This document shows positions 22,201 through 31,693 of a stretch of 64,000 nucleotides of DNA, one piece after another. Below the pieces are notes generated by a model. It searched no databases, was not told the origin of the DNA, and saw only the letters and a list, made by a program, of their open reading frames with translations. The translations under genes and the position numbers were made by a program. The stretch's first letter is position 1, and every line of letters starts with the position of its first letter. The DNA is from Paraphysomonas bandaiensis. Its lineage: Eukaryota > Protista > Chrysophyceae. The stretch spans positions 1 through 64,000 of the forward strand of contig CBFFRP010000132.1 of the NCBI GenBank assembly GCA_965644295.1. Direction: 5' to 3'.

Positions 22201-23994
22201 GGTACGGGTTCTTATATACCTCGTCGACCGATTGAACTAGATGGTGATGGTCGGGTCCGACGCAAACGGCTGCAGCGGAGACTGGCAAACGCGTCAGTTT
22301 TAGGAGAGATTAATATGGTTGAAGTACCGGATGCGCATAATATTGATCTTAACCATGCAGAGACAGAAGATATCAAGATACCAAATTCATATGCCGAGGC
22401 AGAGAGATCTCCACAGTATCAACAATGGAGAAAAGCTCGAATGGTGGAGAAGACATCATTGCTGAAAAGACGTGTCTTGAAGATCGTGAAAATTCCAAGC
22501 GGAGTGAAATTAGTTAGAGCGAAATATGTGCATACGGTGAAGCGAGACATACTAGGGAATATAGTAAAGTACAAGGCTCGGCTAGTGGCATTAGGAAATC
22601 TCCAAGAGAAGAAGGAGGAGGAGCCGTCCACTTTCGCTCCAGTGGTTAAGGGTATAACCATTAGACTAGTGTTAGCGATTGCGTTTATGTTACAGATGCA
22701 TGTGCATCAATTAGATGTATCATCCGCATTTTGCTATGCAGATCTGGAGGATGACGTGTATATGGCACCTCCACCAGATGAGGAATTACTAGCTGGATGG
22801 TGTTTTCAACTAATCAAGGCATTGTATGGACTGCGATCTTCACCGCGACAGTGGAATAAACATATTGACAAGTTTATTAAATCATTGCATTTTACTCCGT
22901 GTATTTTGGATACGTGTTTGTATATGCGATGGAGTAACGGAAAACTGCATTTATTATTGATATATGTTGATGATATCATAATTGCATCCGCTGATCTGAC
23001 TTACTTGGAAAGCGTAAAGCGTAGGTTCTGTGAAACATTCGAGATGCATGATCTGGGAGTGTGTAAGCGATTTCTGAACATCAGGATAACCAGAGGAGAA
23101 AATTGGTATATGTTAGATCAATCTGAGTATGCTAAGAATATTATCAAGAAATTCAGCTCAGTTATGGGAAAGAGTAGTAAGAATAAGGAGGCCCCACTAC
23201 CTACTAATGTTCAGGATCTGTTGGCAGAGGAACGTGAACTTACGGAGGAGCAGAAGCAGTGGGTTGACTCATTTCCGTATCGGCAAATTATTGGAGCAGT
23301 GTTGTATCTAGCAATGCATACTAGACCTGATCTGGCTTATGCAGTGGGGTTATTGTCTCGATTTAGTAGTTGTCCGACATATGCATCGTGCAAACTGGCG
23401 ATTCACTTATTGAAATATTTGCGTGGAACAATTGATGAGGGCATCAGATTCAGTGGGAGTGAGTTCGACTTACATGTGTTCAGTGATTCAGATTGGGCTG
23501 GTGATAGACTGACTCGGCGATCGACAACAGGATACATTGTGTTCTTATGTGCAGGCGCATTGGCCTGGCAGTCTAAACTACAGACCACAGTTGCAACTTC
23601 GAGCATGGAATCTGAATATATGGCGGAGTATGCGGCTATGCAAGAACTGGTGTGGCTTCGGGGGGTGTTCAAGGAGCTCGGGCTCTTAGTTGCGAAGCCG
23701 ACTCCATTCTTTATGGATAGCAAGAGTGCGAAAGATCTCTCCGAGAATCCTGTGTATCATAAGAGGTCGAAGCATATAGACATCAAGTATCACTGGGTGA
23801 GAGAGCATGTAAATGGAAAATTTCCTACGGCAAAGTTGATTCATGTGTCGACGGATGATATGGCGGCTGATATTTTCACGAAGGCATTGTCAACGAAACT
23901 TTTCAGTCGTCATGAGAAAACTATTACCGGGGTTAAGAGAAGTGTGTCAACCAGAGTTGAGGAGCAGCAGAAGAAGCGACCCCGAAGAGGTTAA
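19282..23994 (+). CDS. Copia gag-pol polyprotein, 1570 aa (Gag-PR-IN-RT-RH)
   Basis: CRNCKSKEHLAIDC knuckle; YIDTCCS; LLHRRAGH...CDVC; FSADI, HADGAGE, NAIEER (DDE); YKARLVA, QLDVSSAF, IYVDDII; FSDSDWAGD, ADIFTK. Confidence 0.97.
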   Translation: MSISQHGSERGGEKEDRGVVPQFNETNVEQWIEDFETFLMRKEQSEVAVELPPKESDFGEQPLTLMEEKAYRQAVKRYWKANAIAYSYCRDAVQHSPKALRKFHLTHKAFKAEGSGVNRFKTHVMIDELKKCFAGGKQNRISDLLTQYGSFRMRPEETAKDYVLRFELLLKELQEQQQDISEVSKTSRLREGLLNEEYAQLRVGLYLMDDDVNYVTVSRKIEGYDDTMAGKEALEKKRKRVEELNLIDSKKRYRRERDHRKKNNGKKKPMKKDTEITGQRPGSAEYTGCRNCKSKEHLAIDCPASKKKYSQSKSKAVRFQDGRKPDKRLLTVENIRRGEPADLSDEDEANMIEQQEEYHLSCNVYETNICSSVHEDIHYTYIDTCCSSSMFLINDVNILDRHMHTSKVINGSKKGSEICVTSVGSRGAWKNIEVSSQINRCLCSGRKLNDMGYRFTVWYGIQIYDRNTDELVLEGPMKNGMTAVPTQQLLELPDVSTSSDSEVNLSDRTGEDELELLHRRAGHFNKHALVEAHKRMLIIGTGLKRKHLSKRVSKEQCLCDVCARAKITRVSFRTKDEDSVRPNFSADIAVYLNCPARGGEIYVLKLTHHASRMFWSEGLVHRTGSSVLQVFKKIFEGDVKRYKLEMHHYHADGAGELICDELRQYLRSQGCYQHTWSSTDSPEMNAIEERKFRTCGEMTLAMLIQSGLPSQFWLDAYMAARYILIRLPTKTAKGYMSPLEFLTGEAPNLKYLRVWGCRAYVLTTKADRRKDWDDKALIGYLIGYSDEKVGYDVYLPATDRVVTSVHVLTDESIPSRSESYFAEIDALRVKEAERPKIVSDYAGLEGTYHIDDEDGLLYKTTRVVERKGVIVAYRSLVTAGRKHIEHRVPIHVEDVVRMTAETPGNTGYIGKGDALSTMPARVLDQGRPGGLQESPDPTCQETAVRLQTSEDYESGVVSGAPPTTHDVRAQDEQGTGSYIPRRPIELDGDGRVRRKRLQRRLANASVLGEINMVEVPDAHNIDLNHAETEDIKIPNSYAEAERSPQYQQWRKARMVEKTSLLKRRVLKIVKIPSGVKLVRAKYVHTVKRDILGNIVKYKARLVALGNLQEKKEEEPSTFAPVVKGITIRLVLAIAFMLQMHVHQLDVSSAFCYADLEDDVYMAPPPDEELLAGWCFQLIKALYGLRSSPRQWNKHIDKFIKSLHFTPCILDTCLYMRWSNGKLHLLLIYVDDIIIASADLTYLESVKRRFCETFEMHDLGVCKRFLNIRITRGENWYMLDQSEYAKNIIKKFSSVMGKSSKNKEAPLPTNVQDLLAEERELTEEQKQWVDSFPYRQIIGAVLYLAMHTRPDLAYAVGLLSRFSSCPTYASCKLAIHLLKYLRGTIDEGIRFSGSEFDLHVFSDSDWAGDRLTRRSTTGYIVFLCAGALAWQSKLQTTVATSSMESEYMAEYAAMQELVWLRGVFKELGLLVAKPTPFFMDSKSAKDLSENPVYHKRSKHIDIKYHWVREHVNGKFPTAKLIHVSTDDMAADIFTKALSTKLFSRHEKTITGVKRSVSTRVEEQQKKRPRRG
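19299..19310 (+). promoter_or_regulatory. Copia primer-binding site (possibly initiator tRNA-Met)
   Basis: TGGTAGCGAGCG directly after the LTR-terminal CA; TGG complements tRNA CCA. tRNA identity is an inference. Confidence 0.7.
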
Positions 23995-24330
23995 AGGTGT
24001 GTTTTAGTGGGTGAGAATCCCACATAACTATATATCTAGTTGACTGCTAGTTATATATGTATCTTGATAAGATTTCACATCTATTTTACCTATGAGACTA
24101 GTTTATAGCATGAAGATCACTGTACTCATTGTTGTTTCGTATCACTGCATTCTACATTGAGTGGGAGTATTAGAATATGGACTGTATCCTAGTATATTCA
24201 ATGTGGTACTTGAAGACAATGTACGAGAATACAGTGAAGTATGGTGATGTGTAGATGCTGTTATGATATTGAGAAAACTGAAATAGTTTGCTCTTTCAAG
24301 ATATGTTTAGTAGCGAAAGGTCTACAGAAG

Positions 24331-25342
24331 TGTGACCACGTGGCATTTCCTATGCCCTATCTACGTGGCTATAGTACCAGAACTACATGCATTGCCCATT
24401 CAGGACCCTATAATATTAGTTCAGGACCATACATCAAGAACATTATATCATTAGGACCCTATACCATGTCTAGGATGCATATTCTATGTTATACTCATTA
24501 AGATGGGTTAATGAGCTATGATGTACCTACACACTGAATCAACGTTCAGGTGTGATGTCCACTTTATCTACTGATGATGTACACTATGATCTGCTGATGG
24601 TGACTTCACGCAATGTGAAACCTGCCACAAATTTATAATAAAGTTATGTGGGTCAGTATTCCAGTGTAGCAGTTGCAGTGTATACTTCCATAGGAATACG
24701 TACTGGCCTTACCCATACTACCCTATAGGGGGGCAAGTACATATCACATCAAGGGTGAATGAATATTATATACTCGAGGTGCACGAGTGTTCATACCACT
24801 CAGTGGGGAATCAATTGTGACATGCAATACGTGGTATGCAGGGTTATATTTACGTATAACCTGGATATTAGGGGTTTTGGGTTCTTGAATGCTAAAATAC
24901 ACCAAAGTGGCGGTATACTGTTTTTGTATGGGTATTTAGGTAGAAAGTAAAACGTAGGATGTAGTGTACTATTAGTATGCGGTTATACGTTGCTCCTAGG
25001 TTGCTGTGTGTATTCAGTTTATAGAACAAACACGTTTCTGTGGGTGGTGATGACGTTGCAGGGTGTTGTGATGTTGTTGAGGAGTAGGAGTGGGTGTAAC
25101 ATGTATGCTATGTTGTTATGCACTTGTTTAGGCTTAACCGAAGTGCTTGGTGCCAACGATCTTGTTGCACTGGCGGTGTTCCTTGCGTGGTGATACTTGG
25201 CGGGTATCATTTACTGAGCATTAGGTTTTTCCTAGAGCAGTCAAAACATAATTAATTATACATTGTTTTCACACTTGCGTGTTTGTGTGCTATACCTGTA
25301 CTGCGAGCCGTGATTCTGGTTATCAAACCGGGTTACGTCACA
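24331..25342 (+). repeat. Gypsy 5' LTR (1012 bp, TGTGAC...GTCACA)
   Basis: Direct repeat of 31694-32710; three T(C/T)AGGACC motifs at about 24400-24463. Confidence 0.95.
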
Positions 25343-25726
25343 GTAAATATTTACTATTTGCTCGCACAAGAATTCTTGTGATTAATTCTTGATACACATC
25401 ATTTAGATAGACCTGTCTGTGTGCCTTGCTTGTGTGCGTTGTGCAGGGGTGTCTTGTGTCAGTGTGTTGAGTGGTGTCTTGGTGTCTTGGTGGATTCTTA
25501 CGCAGGTCTGTGGATTTGTCAGTTTCTTCCGGGGGACTTGGGACTGGATTTGAGTTATTTCATTGAGACCTGTGAGCGAATTTTAATTCCCTCCTTGTCG
25601 ATCGTCGTTAGTCTCTGAAACCAAGGGAGCTGCGTAACTCTGAGGTGAAAAATCTGCTGGTGTGCTTAAATATAATCACTGTGTGGGTATATAAACTGAG
25701 GAGTGTAACAGCAACTAAGGTGGAAG

Positions 25727-27535
25727 ATGCAAACTCCCGTTGGTAGGAGTAGCCCTAAGAGCCACTCTGGTTCTGAAGGCAGTGTTAAGGAGGATCTAGA
25801 GCCTTCAATGCTCGAAATCATTCTTGCACGTTTCGATGCCTTGGAAAGGAAATTCGATACGAGAATAGATGACCTTACGGTCAGAGTTACGCGACTTGAA
25901 GAGCGGGCCTCACGTAGAGGTACACCAGTCGGCTCTAGAGCGCAGAGCCCCACGATTTTAAGGGAAGATCAAAATATCCCAGGGGCAGATGAATCAGTTA
26001 CGAAAGGAACACCTACAGTTCCTGACACGTTGCCGAAACCGGTAAAGAAACGTGATACAAGGAGATACTCTACTCTGCATAATTTAGCGGAGCACTATCG
26101 TACTCCTTGGCGGGATGAGTCTGTAAGAGAACTGTTGGAGGAGGAAGATACTTCTACTGCTCAGTCAAGTGGCAATGCTGAGGAGGAAGGTGACCAGCAG
26201 ATCGCTTCTGAATTCCCTACTAGAACTCAAGCTTTGTTGGGAGGCAAGAAACCTGGGAAGCTGTTCAGGGAATTGAAAAGGAATGCCAACCTTCCAAATG
26301 TGCAACAGACTGTTGTAATGCGTGAGGAAAGAACTTGCAAAGTTCGTATCAATGAACTAAAGCTTTCTAAAGTGGCTAGAGCTGTCAAACAAATCTTGGA
26401 TTTTCAGGAAGAGGAACAGACCACTGTGCGTCTGCAAAAGGTCGTTTCTGGTGAACTAAGAGATCATCTAAGAGAAGTATATCATCTCGGTCATGCGGAG
26501 ATTTCAGAGATGGATTTGTCCGACTTACTGCGTGTAATAGCCAAGGAAACTCGGGTTTTTAATTGTGTGGGATTCTATGAGGAGCTACGAGATTCTCTTA
26601 GACACATAAAGATCATGGAGTGGAGGAAAGTGACAACTGTCACGTTCGAACAGTTTTACTTTCAGCAGTTGAAACTTATTGATTTGTTTCGAACCATGTT
26701 ATCCATTATGTTGGAGTTTAATAAGGATTGGTGTCCCAGAGTAGATGACAAAGAATATGGGCTCGTAAGACTATTCAAAAACTTGAACGATAGGGATTAT
26801 GTTCGTTATGTCTTTGGGTGCATGAATAAACTACAGTTTGACACGATGAACGAGTTCTTCGATGAATTTACGGCCATTTTAGTAGATCATTATCAGATTT
26901 GCTTAGCAGCTCGTCAGTTACCGTTTGAGGCTAACATTGAGGCTAAAAACAAACTTGATGAGTACAACAAACGGAAAAGGGATTTGTTTTCCAAGAATAA
27001 TGAGAAACATCCGTCTCCGATGCGGTCTACTTCTTACAAGGACTATGATCATCGGAATAACAGAGATTCACATGCTCTCACTCACATTGATGGATATGTT
27101 TCTGATGATTCGGATTTTGATCGAGGTCCGGAGCAGATAAATCTCGAATACCCTAGTTCTTCAGATGATGAAGAGGGTAACATTGATTTACGTCGTGGCT
27201 CAGCCAAGGACGTTACATCATCGCAGGATCTGGAACCTGATCCTACAGCAGTTGTTAATGAGCAAGAGGTTTCTTTTATGGCTTCTTCTCAGGATAAACC
27301 TGCTGGTGATACGAGTTCGAGAGTTGAGAAATTCGGTTGCCTGAGGCATATGTTGTATGGGAAATGCAACAAGCCACAGTGCAAATACAACCACAATTCT
27401 CAGTGCTTGAGAACCTCGGCTGTTGAGATGAGGGATAAGCTCAATGCTTTCCTGAAAGCTGAGGATGGTTCCACTGGTAGATCCAATCCAACTTCTATCT
27501 TGAGAAGGGATCGCTTCGGTGATTCCCGACCTTGA
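25727..27535 (+). CDS. Gag-like ORF1 (602 aa) with coiled coil and C-terminal CCCH finger
   Basis: Lies upstream of pol inside the LTRs; CLRHMLYGKCNKPQCKYNH. Confidence 0.85.
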   Translation: MQTPVGRSSPKSHSGSEGSVKEDLEPSMLEIILARFDALERKFDTRIDDLTVRVTRLEERASRRGTPVGSRAQSPTILREDQNIPGADESVTKGTPTVPDTLPKPVKKRDTRRYSTLHNLAEHYRTPWRDESVRELLEEEDTSTAQSSGNAEEEGDQQIASEFPTRTQALLGGKKPGKLFRELKRNANLPNVQQTVVMREERTCKVRINELKLSKVARAVKQILDFQEEEQTTVRLQKVVSGELRDHLREVYHLGHAEISEMDLSDLLRVIAKETRVFNCVGFYEELRDSLRHIKIMEWRKVTTVTFEQFYFQQLKLIDLFRTMLSIMLEFNKDWCPRVDDKEYGLVRLFKNLNDRDYVRYVFGCMNKLQFDTMNEFFDEFTAILVDHYQICLAARQLPFEANIEAKNKLDEYNKRKRDLFSKNNEKHPSPMRSTSYKDYDHRNNRDSHALTHIDGYVSDDSDFDRGPEQINLEYPSSSDDEEGNIDLRRGSAKDVTSSQDLEPDPTAVVNEQEVSFMASSQDKPAGDTSSRVEKFGCLRHMLYGKCNKPQCKYNHNSQCLRTSAVEMRDKLNAFLKAEDGSTGRSNPTSILRRDRFGDSRP

Positions 27536-30500
27536 TGGAAGGACCATTGCGTGCGGGGAGCGCAGGATGTCAGTGTAGTTAATGGGTGTGACGGGGATGA
27601 CGATTGTTGCTTACAATTTGAAGAGTCTACATTCACGGCGGCATTGTGTTCTGTGCAAACCGAGGGACAAGCTAAGCTGTATGCTTGCTTTCCTAGTACG
27701 CGAAAAATGACATCAGCACATACGGTAGCTAGGCTAATAATGAACAATAATATGAGAGAGAATTCGGAAAAATTGATCACCGTACTTTGCGATACGGGAG
27801 CGCTTTCAGCCAACTATGTGTCTAGGGGTCTGGTAGAGAGTTTAATGCCAGAGCTAAACCCCGAATTTTTATACGATGCGAATCATAGAGTAGTATTGGC
27901 GGATAGTACTACTATAAAAACAGTCACACAAGGAGTCAGACTCAATCTTTTGTTGGCTGACCCTTATGGAAAACAGTATCAGTTCAAAGGGGATTTCCTA
28001 ATTATTGACATGAAACATAATGATGTCATACTTGGATTGCCGGCACTTACTGGTACTTTGTATCCCTTTATGTGTGAATTGATGAGGCATGCTTTTGAAC
28101 AAACATCTTATGAGATAGAAAGTGATACAAAGAAGATTTCAACTCATGATTTGTCTCGTCTAGAGCATGGACAAATAGTGGAACCATGGTCTAAATCGAG
28201 TACTCAAATTGCACCGGAGGAAGAGGATTCCGAATTGCCGGTTCAATTTAAAGAAGCTTTGGTATTCTTAGGAAAGACTAGAGCGGAAGCTTTAATAGAC
28301 TATGAACAGTTGTTGGAGACCCATGTTAGTAGTGAGATGAAGGAACAAACAAATGTGATGCATCTCCTACGAACTAAAGCGGTTAAAGTCTTTGTACCAG
28401 ATGAGTGGTCTGGTGTAAAAGGTGTTGAACCTTTAAAAATTAAGTGGAAAGATACACTTCCGGATCGGATCAAACCCAAAGCGAGGCCTATTAACCCGAA
28501 GCTGTGGGAAGCATCAGAGAAAGAATTTCGTCGTCTGTGTGGGTATTTTTACCGGAAGAGTAGATCGCCATGGGCTTCTTGTCTTGTAGTAGCGCCCAAG
28601 GCTACACCTCCTTATATTCGATTTTGTGGGGATTACGTTAAGATAAATGATCACATGCATGTGGGAAACTACACTATTCCCAATGTCAAACATGAACTTG
28701 ACAAGATCATTAATTTTCCATATTATTTGGATATAGATCTTACAAATGCGTTTCATCAAATACCTTTAGATGAGGAAACTTCCGAGAAATTGTCCATTCA
28801 AACGCCATGGGGACAGTTTGCACCTAATTTCATGCCAGAGGGTATAGCTCCGGCTACTGGTGTTCTGCAAGAGGTTGTTCGGGAGATATTTGCCGATTTT
28901 TCAGACTGGGCTATCGTTATCTTTGATAATATGCTAATACTAGCCAACGATCCCCAGGATGCTTATGAAAAGTTGGAACGAGTTATTGACAGATGTCTGG
29001 AGAGAAACATAAAGTTGAAAATGGCTAAGAGCTGGCTTGGTTTTAAGAAAGTTAATTTTTTTGGATATGTGTGCAAACACAAATCGTATGAAGTGTGTCC
29101 GGATAAAAAGGAAGCCTTGGCAAACATACCCATGCCATCATCGACTAAACAAGCTAGATCTCTGCTAGGCAAGGGAGTTTTCTTTTCCAGCTTCACGCCA
29201 AAGTATTCTGACTTAGTAGGTCATTTAACGGACCTCACTAAGAAATCTTTCAATTGGAATAAATCTACTTGGCGTCACGATTATGAAGCTGAGTACAAAC
29301 GTTTCATAAAAGGTTTACAAGATGCGTGTGAGCTCTTCTACCCTGATTATGAGTTAGAGTGGATTTTACGGACTGATGCAAGTGAGCTAGGTATAGGTTC
29401 TGTACTACTACAACGGAAGGTATTACCGTCAGGAGAAGCTCAATTGCAACCTATTGCCTTTATCTCTAAAAAGTTTTCAGAGCAAGCAATGAAATGGGCT
29501 ACTATAGAGCAGGAGGGCTACGGTATCTACTATTCGGTTAAACAGCTAGCGTATTATTTAGTTGGAAAACAGTTTACTATAGAGACTGACCATAACAATT
29601 TGCTCTGGATGGAAGCGTCTGAGGTACCAAAAATTGTTAGATGGAGAATATTCTTGCAATCATTCAATTTCAAAATCCGACATATTTCGGGAGCACAGAA
29701 TTGGTTAGCAGACTGGTTATCCAGGGAACACCAACTGGCTTATCTGTCGGGCATGTTCTTGGATGATTCTATGTGGGATGATGCCTATTTTCTGGGAGAG
29801 GACTGTCAGGATTCTGAGTATTTCTCATTCCTAGGAAATTTTATGGACCCGTTGGATCTCAGTGACCAAGAACAACCTTCCATGAATATATCTCGTGAGG
29901 AATGCTTGCGTGAGGTACACAACTCTCGCGTGGGTCATCTTGGAGGGAAAGCTACTTGGATTCGTCTCAATAAACGTTTTCCAGGGCATGGAATACCATA
30001 TCAGGTGGTAGCAGAATATATATCCAACTGTCCAACTTGCGTGAAAACCCGGTTAGCCATGAAGGAAGCACTTATTCCCATAGTGCGCAACCTAAAACCA
30101 CCGGGGGCTCGCAGTGCTATTGGAATTGATGCAGTGGAGATTACTCCACATGGCAAGGACGGTTACACTCATATCAATGTGATAGTGAACCTCCACACAA
30201 AGCTCGTTTTTCTGGAACCAGTTAAAGGAGTAACGGCTTTGAATTTAGCGAATACTGTTTGGAAGTATTGGTCCTATTACGGCCACACTGACGTCGTGAT
30301 TTCAGACCAGGGTCCGGATTTAACTTCGGATCTATTCCAGCAGCTAACGGAATACATGGGAATGCGCCATACGTTTAGTATAGCCAACCGGCATGCGAAT
30401 GGCTCAGAACGTACCATAGGTGAGGTAGTTCGTCACCTACGAGCTCTAGTATATGATGCTAGCGAGCGTCAAGAGCGCAAGGATGTTTTTGAAGATCCTA

Positions 30501-31522
30501 GCTGGATCGCCAGTGTCCAACACATTCTTAACTCCGAAGTGTCATCTGAGACAGGATTCTCACCATTCGAGTTGACTTTCGGATCGGAGGATAAGCGTTA
30601 TTTTAACGTGGACACCGACTCTCTTTCTCAGGATGCGCATGCAAGACTTAAACGTTTTAATGATAACCTTCGTGAGCTCAGGGCAGCTTCGCACGCTTAT
30701 CAACAGCGTCTTGTGCAAGAGCGGGCTAGCCAAGGTATACCGGCCGACAAGCAGAACAGATATCAGCCGGGAGATCTTGTTTTGTTCGACAAGGGTGCTA
30801 AAGTACATCCTAAGATGTCTCACCGTTATATGGGTCCTTTCAAAGTCATATCTCAATATAAAAATGACATTGATTGCAGACATTTGGTGACAGGACAAGT
30901 TGTGAAAGTCGATGTGCGGGAGGTTAAACTTTTTGCGGGTGATCAAGACACAGCGTATAACATGGCTTGCAGAGACCATGAACAGCATGTGATTGACACG
31001 ATTCTATACTACAGAGGGGATAGAGACACCAGAACCTCTCTAGTTTTCACTGTGAAATTTCAGGATGGTGATGTTCGTGACATTCCATTCAGTAAGGATA
31101 TTTTTGACTCTATTCCATACGCCGACTTCTGTTCTAGGAAAAGATATTTGTATCATCTTATTTATCCTGTTAAAGAGGCAAAGGAATATATTACTAAAAT
31201 CCGTAAGCAGCCTATCACTAGTTTTCAACCAGGTGATGAGGCTTATGTTGACTTAAGAGTTTTCGGGGACTTGTGGTATGAAAGCCTGGAGTTACCGGAT
31301 TCTCATTTGATTACTTATGTTGCGCGTTTTGTCTTCACACATTGGTATCATAAAAGTTCCAAACGGATACTCTCAACTAAAAATGTGTTGACTAAACAAA
31401 CTTTCCGACTTGATAATTACCATATTCATTGTTTTGCCCATAAAGAATTTGATTCTTCTACAATGGTCTTGGTAGACGAGGAATTTGCCAGCAAATTTCC
31501 ACAAGTTAATCAGTCGGTATAA
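27536..31522 (+). CDS. Gypsy pol (PR, RT, RNase H, integrase, chromodomain-like tail), in frame with gag after one TGA
   Basis: LCDTGA; SPWAS, RFCGDY, DIDLTNAFHQIPL, VIFDNML; LRTDAS, EQEG, ETDH, ADWLSR; HNSRVGH...CPTC, IGID, ISDQG, NGSER; YMGPFKV. Confidence 0.95.
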   Translation, partial: WKDHCVRGAQDVSVVNGCDGDDDCCLQFEESTFTAALCSVQTEGQAKLYACFPSTRKMTSAHTVARLIMNNNMRENSEKLITVLCDTGALSANYVSRGLVESLMPELNPEFLYDANHRVVLADSTTIKTVTQGVRLNLLLADPYGKQYQFKGDFLIIDMKHNDVILGLPALTGTLYPFMCELMRHAFEQTSYEIESDTKKISTHDLSRLEHGQIVEPWSKSSTQIAPEEEDSELPVQFKEALVFLGKTRAEALIDYEQLLETHVSSEMKEQTNVMHLLRTKAVKVFVPDEWSGVKGVEPLKIKWKDTLPDRIKPKARPINPKLWEASEKEFRRLCGYFYRKSRSPWASCLVVAPKATPPYIRFCGDYVKINDHMHVGNYTIPNVKHELDKIINFPYYLDIDLTNAFHQIPLDEETSEKLSIQTPWGQFAPNFMPEGIAPATGVLQEVVREIFADFSDWAIVIFDNMLILANDPQDAYEKLERVIDRCLERNIKLKMAKSWLGFKKVNFFGYVCKHKSYEVCPDKKEALANIPMPSSTKQARSLLGKGVFFSSFTPKYSDLVGHLTDLTKKSFNWNKSTWRHDYEAEYKRFIKGLQDACELFYPDYELEWILRTDASELGIGSVLLQRKVLPSGEAQLQPIAFISKKFSEQAMKWATIEQEGYGIYYSVKQLAYYLVGKQFTIETDHNNLLWMEASEVPKIVRWRIFLQSFNFKIRHISGAQNWLADWLSREHQLAYLSGMFLDDSMWDDAYFLGEDCQDSEYFSFLGNFMDPLDLSDQEQPSMNISREECLREVHNSRVGHLGGKATWIRLNKRFPGHGIPYQVVAEYISNCPTCVKTRLAMKEALIPIVRNLKPPGARSAIGIDAVEITPHGKDGYTHINVIVNLHTKLVFLEPVKGVTALNLANTVWKYWSYYGHTDVVISDQGPDLTSDLFQQLTEYMGMRHTFSIANRHANGSERTIGEVVRHLRALVYDASERQERKDVFEDPSWIASVQHILNSEVSSETGFSPFELTFGSEDKRYFNVDTDSLSQDAHARLKRFNDNLRELRAASHAYQQRLVQERASQGIPADKQNRYQPGDLVLFDKGAKVHPKMSHRYMGPFKVISQYKNDIDCRHLVTGQVVKVDVREVKLFAGDQDTAYNMACRDHEQHVIDTILYYRGDRDTRTSLVFTVKFQDGDVRDIPFSKDIFDSIPYADFCSRKRYLYHLIYPVKEAKEYITKIRKQPITSFQPGDEAYVDLRVFGDLWYESLELPDSHLITYVARFVFTHWYHKSSKRILSTKNVLTKQTFRLDNYHIHCFAHKEFDSSTMVLVDEEFASKFPQVNQSV

Positions 31523-31693
31523 AGTGTTCCTACTCTACAATTTACGATGTGAAATTTTTCAGTATTCTCCGAATTACATCTATAATATGATAATAATACT
31601 CCATGGTGGTTCGTTTCGATGGCTATTTCAAACCTAGTCCCATTGACATGTGTGCGACCATGGATTTCTCACAAAAACGAGGGGGGGAGGCAG

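Noticed and set aside
24241-25210. Small ORFs repeated in both Gypsy LTRs
   Set aside because: They recur only because the LTRs are repeats; a 2-nt indel shifts one of them.
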